A stretch of 63,086 bases of DNA from Chiloscyllium plagiosum (Eukaryota): positions 6,255,829 through 6,318,914 of the forward strand of contig NC_057758.1 of the NCBI RefSeq assembly GCF_004010195.1, given 5' to 3'. Under the pieces are notes generated by a model, which searched no databases, was not told the DNA's origin, and saw only the letters and a program-made list of their open reading frames with translations. Below, in pieces: positions 51,509-62,114 of the stretch; the stretch's first letter is position 1; every line of letters begins with the position of its first letter. Position numbers and translations under genes: made by a program.

Positions 51509-51530
51509 AGAGCACACATTCTACGAGACA
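51360..51530 (-). pseudogene. Inverted remnant of a third GPR139-like paralog (intron end and start of exon 2)
   Basis: The minus strand reads AATGTGTGCTCTTCAACT..TTTCTTTTCTCACAG|TTAATGTGTTGACG (V-N-V-L-T)..YLLDMAVADL, homologous to 50394-50560. Confidence 0.85.
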
Positions 51531-52049
51531 GTCCCAATTCAACATCACTGCAATTCATATTCCCATGCGGCCAGAAACAGAGGTTGAATTAATCAAGGAG
51601 CGTACATTTGCATATGACAAGCAGAGTCAGTATGTCAGTCTGCTCTATCTCCGAGGGTCATTGATGCAAGCATCGTGGTGTCACTTTGCTCTCTCTCCAG
51701 AGTCAGTGATGCGTACAGATTGGGGTCAGTCTGATCTCTCTCAGGATTTAGTAAAACCCACATATTCGTACCAGGCTGCTTTTTTCATCGGGGACAGTAA
51801 CACATGTCTAATGGGGTTAGTTTGCTGTATCCCCAACATTAGTCATACACACAATCGGATCAAAAAATCTTCGGCCCGGTATCGGCGATACATTTGCGGT
51901 TCTGTAAAATTTCACTCACAATTTATCACGGATGCACATGCATAATGCTGGGATCAGAGAGCATGATTGGCCTGGACTTATTTCCCTGGAGTGCTGGAAG
52001 CAGATACGTGACATTATAGATGTTTAGTAAATGTTGAGGGGAATCGTGA

Positions 52050-52480
52050 GGAAGTTACTCTGGCAATTATGTAGTTAACATAGTGTTGCAAAGTATGACC
52101 TGGCTCATTTTACACGGCGCCAGTAACAGATAATGGTAGTGCATTGTGATAGTTTGTTTAATAACTGGGAGATGAGCTAATGCAGAAGATGATGGTGTTG
52201 CAATGTGATAAATTAAGTGTGATGAAAGGAATTAGTGTGGTAGTCGATAATTAGTTTAGAAAGATAAAGCAAGCCAGCATTATTGGCTATCATAACGATA
52301 TCCGATAAGCACGGGAAGAAAAACTGCATAAGTTGCAGGAGAACAATGGACCTGTAGTGAGCCAGTTAAGCCATTTTTGCTGGCTCACACAACTTTGAGT
52401 TTGCAAGATTAAAGTTTAATTTGGTGAAGTCTTTTGGCATCTCCAGGTTTTATTTTATAAGCATGGAGTGATTTTTCCAC
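52050..52480 (+). repeat. Unclassified repeat (possibly LTR-like), copy 1; copy 2 at 56238-56650
   Basis: Shared blocks GGAAGTTA..GTGTTGCA, GTAGTGCATTGTGA, TTAAGTGTGATG, AAAGCAAGCCAGC, TTTGCAAGAT and CATGGAGTGATT. Confidence 0.7.
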
Positions 52481-53894
52481 AATAAATTTGGAACCCCTGA
52501 CGGGACCGGAAAGAGACTTTTTATTCTGAAAAGAAGCTGCAGCTGGCCACTTCCCAGTTGAAGCAGGATCACCCCAGGTCTAATCAGAATAAAAGAGAGA
52601 AAGAGTAAGCGTTTCACTGATATATTTGACTGTATTCTGTCGAACAAGGGAGGTTCTTGGGGACGCAGAATTGCAAAGAAAGCTGCTCGTGGGCTGTCCG
52701 ATTTTTTAAAAATGGATGGTAAATTAAAATTTGAGAAGAGGCAGGTTCAGGGAAAATGAGCATGCGGTTGAGTAGTATAGAAAAAACTGACTGAGACAAA
52801 ATTCCAAGCAGTGCATTTAATATTCTGTGGACACTGTCAAAGTCTTTATGGATATAGGTATGGATTTTTTTTTTCATTTTTATTTCTCATGGTTTATTGA
52901 TCAGAGTCTGAAATTGTAAGGTTCATTTTATTGTTGGTGTTAGTGAAAATTCCACGTTGTGTTAATAAGTCCCTGACGTTGTCATTTCAGGAGTCCTGAG
53001 CGGTTTTCGCCAGTTGCATATCAGTCTGCGCAGGCAGTGCTTGTGTAGTGTTGGACGTTTTCCGCAATTTTGAAACTGAAAGCCAGCAGATTGGTACTTG
53101 TTGTTTGAAAGTAAAACAGTAGAGAATAGTCAAAATGTTAAAGTGTTACTGGACTGCTGAATGACAAAGAAATGGCCTGCTAGATAATTAGATGGTACTT
53201 TTAGAAATGAATGAAGTATCTGTTTCGCCTTGGCTCTGAGAGAGAGAGAGCGAAAGATGTTGGCTCAGTGCTGAGCTCGTGGTTGCTTGCACGTAAGTTC
53301 TGATTGTCTGTTTTTGTGATCTGGTCTGTATGCATCCTTTCCCGTTAGTGTTTAAATGTTTATGTTTTGTTTCCCTGAAACGTGAGATCCAGTGATGCTT
53401 TATATTACACTGTCGGAATTTAAGCATTTATTTTTAGAGAGTTTATTTCAAATCACCATAAACGATTCGTGCAGCCTTCACATGCAGTCGATGCATAGTT
53501 TAGGCAGGAAGAACGAAGATGGATTGTTTTTACTAATTTGTTGAGACTGAGGAGGCTCGGGAACTGTTGAATTGGTAAGGGATGCCTGCGACTTGTAGAA
53601 CTAGAAAGTATTTATATTGTTGACATGAGCTCGCTGATTGTAAAGTACAGGTGAGTGACTTGTGATAGCAAAGATAATACATTAGCTGGACTGAAATATA
53701 TGTCAGGATGAATAAAGGGAACCGCAATTTAAATGTGGGTAAGACAATTCCAGTAGAAAATAACGATATCGTTAACGTTTCTGAAAAATTGGAAAGAATA
53801 ACTCAGGATTTATTGACCAAATGGCCGATATCAATATGTGTGATGCATGGAGGGATTGATTGCGAATTGTAGGCCTAAGGATACTTCTAAGAAG

Positions 53895-54595
53895 AGATGA
53901 TTTGGTGATGCCGGTGTTGGACTGGGATGTACAAAGTTAAAAATCACACAACACCAGGTTATCGTCCAACAGGTTTCATTGGAAGCACACTAGCTGTCGG
54001 AGCGACGCTCTTTCATCACGTGATTGTGGAGGGCTGGATCATAACACAGAATTTATAGCAAAAATTTGCAGTGTGATGTAACTGAAATTATACATTGAAA
54101 GATTGATTGCCTTTTAAGCCTTTCATCTGTTAGAATACAGTGATAGTTTCACTTCTTTCATGTGTAAATCATAAAACCTAGTTTTTTGAAGTTGCATTCT
54201 CGGGTTAGCTGTTAACAATGGTGATAGCTAGACAATATGTTGAAGGTGTTAGACTCCTGTGTTCTCTGTCAATGTCCTGATATTTAGATTGATTCTAATC
54301 TAAAAAGTGAGATTACAGAGTTTTACATAAATTCATGCAGTTTTTGAGCTCAGAGTTCTACATGAATGTATGCAGTTTTTGAGCAAAGTGCAATGTAACT
54401 CTGCAAGTACAAATTCACCACACAAAATATGTGTGCATGTGGGTCTTTGTCTGTGTGTGTGTCTGTCTGTCTGGGGTGGGGATTGTGAGTGTGAGAAAGT
54501 GTGTGTGTGTGTGCGTAGTGAGTGCAGAGTGTCTTAAGTCTGTGAGGGGGTGCATGTGTGAGTGTTGGAGTGTGTGTGTCTATAAGGGTGTGTGG
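53895..54595 (-). mobile_element. Penelope-like element 3' UTR/pLTR, same family as 9131-10080
   Basis: Long collinear match to 9131-9730 (AAATCACA..ACACCA.G, GTGTGATGTAACTGAAATTATA, CTGCAAGTACAAATTCA). Degenerate hammerhead core on the minus strand at 53991-54019. Confidence 0.8.
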
Positions 54596-54974
54596 CTGAG
54601 GCATATTAGTCGAGAGAGGGAGCTTTTGTTTACGAAAGGATTTCAATCTCTGATCAAAAGGGAGAAGGCTTATATTAGAATGTAAGGTGAAGGCTCGTTT
54701 AGGGCTCTTGAGAGTTACAAGGCAAAGACCTGAAGAGAGAAGAACAGCCAGGAGGCAACATGAGCATTCGCTGACAAATATAATCAAGTGAAATCTTAAA
54801 TCTTTCTACAGATATATCAGCAATAGGAAAACAATCAGACAATAATTCGGGCCAATCGAGGATAATCGTGGGAAGTTGTGCGTGGAGTGTGAAGAGAGTG
54901 GTGACGCGCTAAATGCATGCTTCTCTTCAGCATTCACATTGGAAAAAGACAATCTTTTCGACAGTGGAAGATGA

Positions 54975-56237
54975 CAGACAGAGTAAGTGGAAAAAGAGGG
55001 GAGAGAGAGATTAGAAATCGCGTGGGAAGGGAGGGTGTGAGAAAGAGAGAGAGTGCCAAGGGAGATGGGATAGAGAGCGAGAAGGAGTATGAGTGGAGAG
55101 AGTAAGGATGGATGGGGACAGACGGCGGGATGGGACGGCGTGTAAGAGAAAAAAGGGAAGGAATGGCGAGAGAGAGTTGGAAGGGAAGGGGTGGGAGAGA
55201 ATGCAAAGGGGAGAGAAAGAATGTAGAGGTGAGACAGGAAGCGGGAATTGAAGGGAGAGTGTTGGAAGGGAAGGGGAGGGAGAAACTGGCAAAAGTGGCT
55301 CCAGACAGAGAATGGTAAGACAGTGGGAAGGCACGTAGGACAGATGTGATCGGAAAGACAGATTGCAAATGTAGCGTTGAGAAAGGGGTATATGAGAGGG
55401 GAGATAATGTGGGATGTATGGGGGTGAGTGAGAGAGAGGCAGAAAGAGTCAGTGGGAAAGGGAGAGAACGAGAGCAGGAAGAGTGAAGAGAGAGAGAGTG
55501 GTAAGCGGGAGAGGGAGATAGTGCAAAGTAAGGGTTGGAGAGAGAGTGGCAGTGGAGGAGAGAGAGAGTTAGAAGAGGGCAGAGTGAGAAAAGGAAGAGG
55601 AGAGCGAATGAGGAGGGAGCAGGTGAGAGTGGAAACGCAGGGAACGGGGAGAGAGAGTGGGAACGGATGGGTAGAGAGAGGGAGAAGAGGGGGTGAAGAG
55701 ATAGTGTGAAGGGAGGGGAGCGGGAGATAGTTCGAAGGGGAGACAGAGTGAGAATGGTGGGGTGATAGAGAAAGTGCAAAGTACCGGGATAGAGAGAGTT
55801 GAAAGAGAGGGGAGTGGGGGTAGTGTGAAAAAGGGAGACAGAGAGTGCGAAGGGAGGGTGATTGAGAAAATGGAAAGTATTGGGGTAGAGAGGGTTGAAA
55901 GGGAGGGTTGGGCGAGTGAAAGTGGGAAGAGAGGGGCTGGAGACCGTGGGAAGGAGGGCGAAGAGGGTTAGATGGAGAGGGGAGAGAATTTGAAGTTAGT
56001 GAGATTGATGGAGTTGGAAGGAATTTGGAGAGAAAATGTGTGGTATGGTAAAGGAGAGAGAGTGAGCAGGATGAGGGGATGGTGAGAGTGGGTTGGGAGG
56101 GAGGGAAGTCTTCATGGGAAGGGAAGATAGACCATGGGAAGGATTAAGAGATTGGAAGATTGGTCAGGAAGGTGGAGAGACAAATAGAGGAAAGTGTGGG
56201 ATGGAGAGAGAGAGAAAGTGGGAATGGAGGTATGTAT
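54975..56237 (+). repeat. About 1.26-kb purine-rich (GA/GGGA) low-complexity tract
   Basis: Strong strand bias for G and A, with many GGG runs. Confidence 0.85.
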
Positions 56238-56650
56238 GGAAGTTATTATGGCAGTGAGATAGTGAACTCAGTGTTGCATTGTATACCAGGGATCATGTTA
56301 CTGGGCTCCAGTAGTGCATTGTGAGAGGTTAGTAAAGACACTGGGGGTTGACCTAATACTGGTGACGATGATGTTGTAATATGATTGGTTAAGTGTGATG
56401 GAAGGAACCAGTGTGGCAGATGACGATTAGTTGGAAAGACAAAGCAAGCCAGCTTGATTGGCTATGCTCATGTTTCCTCAAAACGCGGGACCAACTGGAC
56501 GAGAACAAAGAAACTGTCGGCAGTCAGGGAAGACATTTTGATGGCTACCACAGCTTTGATTTTGCAAGATGAAAGTTTATTTTCATGAAGGACTTTTCTG
56601 CGTCTCCTGATATTTTTTTTTCATAGAACATGGAGTGATTCTTCCAAAAC
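56238..56650 (+). repeat. Unclassified repeat, copy 2 of 52050-52480
   Basis: Same shared blocks as copy 1. Confidence 0.7.
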
Positions 56651-56970
56651 ACTGCCTTCCATTCCACTCTCTCTCCCACTCACTTCCGACTCTGACACCA
56701 TTTCCTTCCCACAGTCTCCCCCTCCCTTCCCAATCTCTCCCCTTCCGTTCCAATTTCTCGCTCGCCAACTGCTTTCTCACTGTCTTTCCCTGCACCCTTC
56801 CCACACTCTCTCTCCCTGTCTCCATTCATACTCTCTCTTCCCCTCCCTTTCCAAACACTTTCTCCGTTCCTTCTTTCTCACCTACTCTACGCCCGGCCTT
56901 CCCACATTCCCCCATCTCATTCAATACCTCTCCTTTCCATTTCTCACTCTCCCACCTCTTTTTCAACTCT
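56651..56970 (-). repeat. Pyrimidine-rich tract (opposite-strand counterpart of 54975-56237)
   Basis: CT/CCCT-rich low complexity. Confidence 0.8.
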
Positions 56971-57734
56971 CAGCACAGGAGCAGTGAGGGTCAGGATTGG
57001 GGAGGGGGCCTCTGTGATCTTCCCTAACCCGTCTCCAGCTACACAATCAGGAGAAAGAATTACTTCCACAAACAAATCACTGATAGCATTTGAGACACCA
57101 GCAACCCCACAAGCCCATTTACAGACTACCCAAGGCCTCAGAAAGTAGTAACGGGCACAACACTGTCTCCAACCGTCGCAGCCTCGCGTCAGCCCTGCCA
57201 CACCTCAACCGTGGAGTCTATCTGAGCCTGCGGAAGCACAACGGCAAATTAATTGAGATGTCATCACCCGAATCGACACACCATTTGAACGGCAGCAGGT
57301 GACGCCCTGGTTACCATAAAGCGACCCTCTCCACTCGGCTCATTTCACTTTCTCCTGGAAACTCGTACAGATACCTGACCTCCAGGTCCAATTGGCCCCT
57401 TTCAGTTACCAAACACTGGCTGCGAACGCCCCCACATTTACCATCCTCTCTGTTCTTACTGAAACATCAGAATCCATGAAACTTCAAAAACCATTATTGT
57501 CCCTGCTGTACCCATGACTCCGAATTGGCCACAAAATCAAAGTTCTAGGTACCAACCAATGTCGCAGATTCATCGACCTTCGTGCAGATGTTCCTGGCGT
57601 TGAAATAGACTCACTTCAAATCACCTCCCTGCTTGGCAGTGTACTCTTGCGACCTTGAAACCTCATTTCTGAACGCATTACTCTCAACCTCCTGGACTCT
57701 GGAACTACATTTTTTCCCACCCCCTACTGAATTA

Positions 57735-59912
57735 CGCCTTAGATATTAGCACTCAGGCATACACTCAGATTTAGGTGGGTTTATGCTTTCTGATGCAATT
57801 GCTTCAGTTGTCAGTCAGTTAACTTCTCAACGATAAAATAACCATGCTGTCCATCAATGTTTCTGTCTGTCTTTGATTATTCTATTTCAACTTTATTTTC
57901 TATAGTCTTCTACTTCTCCTCCTATTTCAACTTGTAACTTTATTATCTCGTTACCACGCAGTCAGGACATATCCCAGGATATTCTTCCTGTCATGCCATA
58001 GGTGTCTCATTTTCCATTTTTTTTAACCACAGTAGGCTGCGCTTCAAACAATGGCCCAGATACATCATTACCAAGGACAGATTGCATTCCTGGAACTGAG
58101 AGTTTTTCCAGTACTCCATCCAGCACTTCACTTTTCGCTGGAATCTCTAATCTCATTCTACATACTTGTTCACGTCTTGCCTTACTATGATTAACATGTA
58201 TCAGCACTTTCTCCGGCTAAAATATTTACATGCCTTTTCATCTCTCAATATCAAAGATTGACACGATCCCGCATCTCTTAATATTGTAAGCTCTTCACAT
58301 GCTGCTTCTGGCCTGAACGAGTAAAACCTTTGAAGTAAATAGTTTTAGAAGATATGGCACATACTCCACAACCAACCTCCAACCAGTTTGTGTATTGAGC
58401 TCTGAGTTTTAGCCTCCGCTGCGATCTCCTTTACCAAACAAACAAAATTCACCAGCTTAGCCTATTTTACGATGCCTGTCTTGCCAGTTCTTCTTCTAAC
58501 CCAACAACACATGGAGTGAAACACGGAGACAGTTAACACCTCTTTCCCCTTCAAGCGTTTTTTTTCCACCCTGTTTTAAGCTATCTTTCTGTTCACCATC
58601 GAGATCTGCAATTGAGTTACCACGTGAGGATTTCTGGTTTCCCAAATTCTGCTCGTTCACGGAGTGAAATTGACTCAAAGCCAAACGTTGATTTATGAAT
58701 CAACTCGTAATCATCGGCCATTTCAGCTGCGAAGCTTGCTGTTTTAACTCTCCGCTCTTCCATGAGTTCTCGCTGCGCCAGGAAGTGAATTTCTGAAATC
58801 CTCTCTCCTTTTAAGCCGAAGTTCATGTTCAAGTCTCTCTTTCTTCTTCCCTTTTTTTCTGTCTCACTTTCATTTTGTTCTGCTCTAGCGAATCTGACAT
58901 TTTCTTTTGTTTCGCGAGGGTGATTCTTGCTTTTTTCTATCTCTCTGCACTATTTCAATTGTAATTGAAACTGTTTCATTTATTTTTCTCTTTCTTCCTC
59001 TTTTGCCACGAATTCAAGCTGTTTATTTTAATTGTATTTAGCCATTCAAAGCGTTCTGATGACGTTTCTTGCATATTTAAATGCTGGGATACTGCTGTAA
59101 TTACTTCTCCTTTTCTCAAGGATGAAGTTAACTCCACCACCCCTTGTCCGCCAAATCTAGCAGTTATATGTTGTTCACATTTTGTGACGCGTGCAACGTC
59201 ACTTTTGCCAACCAAGAAGCTCTTAGTGATTGAAAGCGCCGTTAGTACTCCAAGCAATGTTTGAACTAACAGAATGCAACATCCAGAACAAAATACAGCA
59301 ACATTTACCACTATTTGCCTTTGAGTCCTACAACCTCATCCCACATCGGAAGCGTCAACAAATCAATGCCAGAGCCCTCACTTCCTTGTCAGCAGGCAGG
59401 ACTCCTAAAAAGAAGGTAGCCAGAGATGCCAACTTTTTAGTATTTTGTAAAAACGATATAGAGTGGACATTACAGGAATGATGCAGGTGTTCAATCCATT
59501 CAACATTACGCAAAACAGAATTGATTTTGTCACTATGAATGAAACAGGACCCAAAGGAAACAACATTTCAAATTATTTATTTGAAAAGGAAACAACGGTA
59601 TTGCAACTAAATGAAACTGATCTAATCCCTGCAACATCTCATAAACACATCCCTTGGCAAAAGGTATCGTCAAACACAATGTCGTATAAGCAGGTACGTT
59701 TTTGTTGCAAAATGTCAGGCAAGACCTCTGTTGAAGCATGGAACCTGTTTGTCAATGCAGGTGCCTCGCTAGCCCCCAGCTATTTCTGACTGCTTGCTGC
59801 AAAACTCATCCGACTAGGAAAAAACAATCTGATTTAGGAGAAATTGGGAACTCCTCTGCCATTGTCTCAACGTAACCACTTCAGGCCAATTGGCACCTCT
59901 GCCTTTACAACA
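57735..59912 (-). mobile_element. Gypsy (Gmr1-like) LTR retrotransposon remnant: 5' LTR, PBS, deleted gag-protease
   Basis: Putative LTR 59912-59387 (TGTTGTAAA...TGACA), then TGAGGGCTC resembling the tRNA-Pro PBS TGGGGGCTC. The gag start is mutated (ACG-ALSITKSFL at 59242). Remnants: LRKGEVITAVSQHLN, AAEMADDYELIHKS, and protease C-terminus GVLEKLSVPGMQSVLGND. The family was assigned from recalled similarity. Confidence 0.68.
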
Positions 59913-59974
59913 CTGCTTGAAATAAAAAAAATTGGCACCTCTGCCTTTACAACACTGCTTGAAATAAAAAAAAA
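59888..59974. repeat. 42-bp tandem duplication spanning the LTR outer end
   Basis: AATTGGCACCTCTGCCTTTACAACACTGCTTGAAATAAAAAA occurs twice. Confidence 0.92.
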
Positions 59975-60349
59975 GATTGATGAAGTTGTCAAAAGGGCAG
60001 CGTCCTCACAGCATTAAACTATGGATTTTATCCTCTTGTCAACCGACAGTCAGCATAACAACACCTTTTTGGCCAGGATTGATTGCACTCAATCTGCCTC
60101 TCAGAATATTTACAAACGCTGTATTAGGAGTGAAGGAATCACATGTTAGAAAATGGCTTTGTTTCATTAATTCATCAGCAGTGTCTGGTTGCACTATCCC
60201 CAATAACCCATAAGCAGATAACAGGGCAGATCTTATCCTCCGCTGCATTGCGAGTGATCCAGATTATGAAAACGCATTCATTGATAACGGAGATAATTCC
60301 GACGTTAACAATTGCAAAAAGCACAACACAGATAGAATTCAAGAGGTGC

Positions 60350-61100
60350 ACTATGGAGGAAAAGAGTAACACAACGCAAACACACACAGGCATATGCGCT
60401 TATATTCACATAAACACAAACTCAAACCCACGGGCACACATGCAAACAGACAAGAATGCCAGCAAAACCACGAAAACGACTGCACACACTGACCTGCATA
60501 TGCACACATACAGATCTACACACACACGCGCACACACATGCACACACACACACTTAAACACATATGCTCAAGCACACATTCACACACAGAAATAACACAG
60601 GCAGACTCATACAGCCAGGCATGTACTTTCACTCAGGTCTGCAGTGACAGACACACATACACTCACAGTGTTACTGAGACATTAACCCTCATGCACAAAG
60701 CGACATGATCCACACGAATATTAGTTTGCCACTGTGAGAAATCAGATAATGTGGCATTAGGTAATACTCACCTGCATGGTGTCGATTAACAGAATGGCTA
60801 CCGTGCAGGTCTGCTCATGTTTGTATACTCAGCAATATGCAATATTTGAAATAAAATCTCTCCAGTAATACATTTTTAGTGTCAGATAACTAATATATGG
60901 ACACTCAGCAGTATTCAAAAGGTTATCGTCTACAGTAATACAATGCATCTTGTGGTACAACTGAAATTTGTATGCTTAGCATTGTGAAAACAGGGTAATT
61001 TACACAAGCAGATAATGGCGAATGTGGGAGACTGTTACATGAATATTCAATTGTGAAACCTGTGTATTGAAAACATGAGTGCACAATGAAATACTGGATC
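60350..61100 (+). repeat. Unclassified repeat with CA-rich head, related to 37890-39440
   Basis: Degenerate (CA)n, then TCTCCAGTAATACA..ATATATGGACACTCAGCAGTA..CAACTGAAATTTG. Confidence 0.5.
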
Positions 61101-61299
61101 AATTCCAGTCATTGCAGGGAAACAATATAGCCTTTGTTGAGCTGGGAAAGACTTAATATAGCCTTGGAACCGGCGAACCTCATGTTAGAGGTCGTATATT
61201 TCACAGACCGATCAACTAGCCAAAAAAGATCAATGATTGTTACCACGCCACCACCCGCCCCCCACCAACCCCAAATCACCGAACATAAAACATACAACG

Positions 61300-61908
61300 T
61301 TGTACATAGAACATAGAACATTAGAGCGCAGTCGAGGCACTTCAGCCGTCGATGTTGTGCGACCTGTGAAACCAAACAAAAGCCCACCTAGCCTGCAATA
61401 TTCCATTGTCATTCATATGTTTACCTATTTACCATTTATGTACACTTAATATCGGCGAGTTGCAGGCCAGTCATTACACGCCCTTACTACTCTCTGAATA
61501 AATACACTACCTCTCACATCTGTCCAGTATCAATCAGAGCTCAAATTAGAGTTGTGTCACCTCGTCCTAGCCATCACATTCCAAGGAAAGAACGTTCTCA
61601 ACGTCCACCCTATCCATCCCTGAACATCTGGTAGGTGTCTATGAAGTCGCCTCTTATCCTTTGTTGTCTCTGACGAAAAGAGTCTCATGTCTCTCAGCTT
61701 TTCCTTATAAGACATTCCCTCAATACTTAGTAACATCCTGGTAAATCTCCTCTGCACCACGTTCCCATGTTTCCACATCCTTCCAAAAATGCGGCCGCAC
61801 CAGAGTTTTGTAGAACTGCAACAGGACATCATTGCTCAGATACTCAAACGCTCGACGAATAAAATGTAAGACATTGTACGCCTACTTTAACAAACTTATC
61901 AACCTGAG
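61300..61908 (-). mobile_element. CR1 3' fragment
   Basis: (CATAGAA)n tail at 61305-61320, and VQRRFTRMLLSIEGMSYKEKL. Confidence 0.8.
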
Positions 61909-61914
61909 TTAAAG

Positions 61915-62112
61915 TCATGACTGCTGATGCTGGAAATGTGTGGTGGTGGAAAAGCACAGCTGGTCAGGCAACATCCAAGGTGCAAGAAGAGTCAACGTTT
62001 TGGGAAGAAGCCAGGTATCAGCAGCGTTATTACTGATGAAAGCCTTCTGCCATAAATGTAAATTCTCCTATTCATCAAAAGCTATCGAACCGGCTGTGAC
62101 TTTCCAGAACCA
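61915..62112. mobile_element. Inverted pair of Penelope pLTR fragments
   Basis: A minus copy (GTGGTGGAAAAGCACAGCTGGTC..CGTTTTGGG..ATCAG) faces a plus copy (CTGATGAAAGCCTTCTGCC..GCTGTGACTTTCCAGAACCAC). Confidence 0.65.
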
Positions 62113-62114
62113 CG

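Noticed and set aside
53533..53727. Minus-strand ORF ending YKYFLVLQVAGIP as exon 1 of the inverted receptor remnant
   Set aside because: No donor at the expected position, no conserved YP, and no DW repeat; likely chance.
54934..55779. 281-aa Leu/Ser/Pro-rich ORF and similar ORFs at 39582-40172, 43428-43896 and 56635-57027
   Set aside because: Stop-poor frames in GA/CT low-complexity or palindromic DNA.
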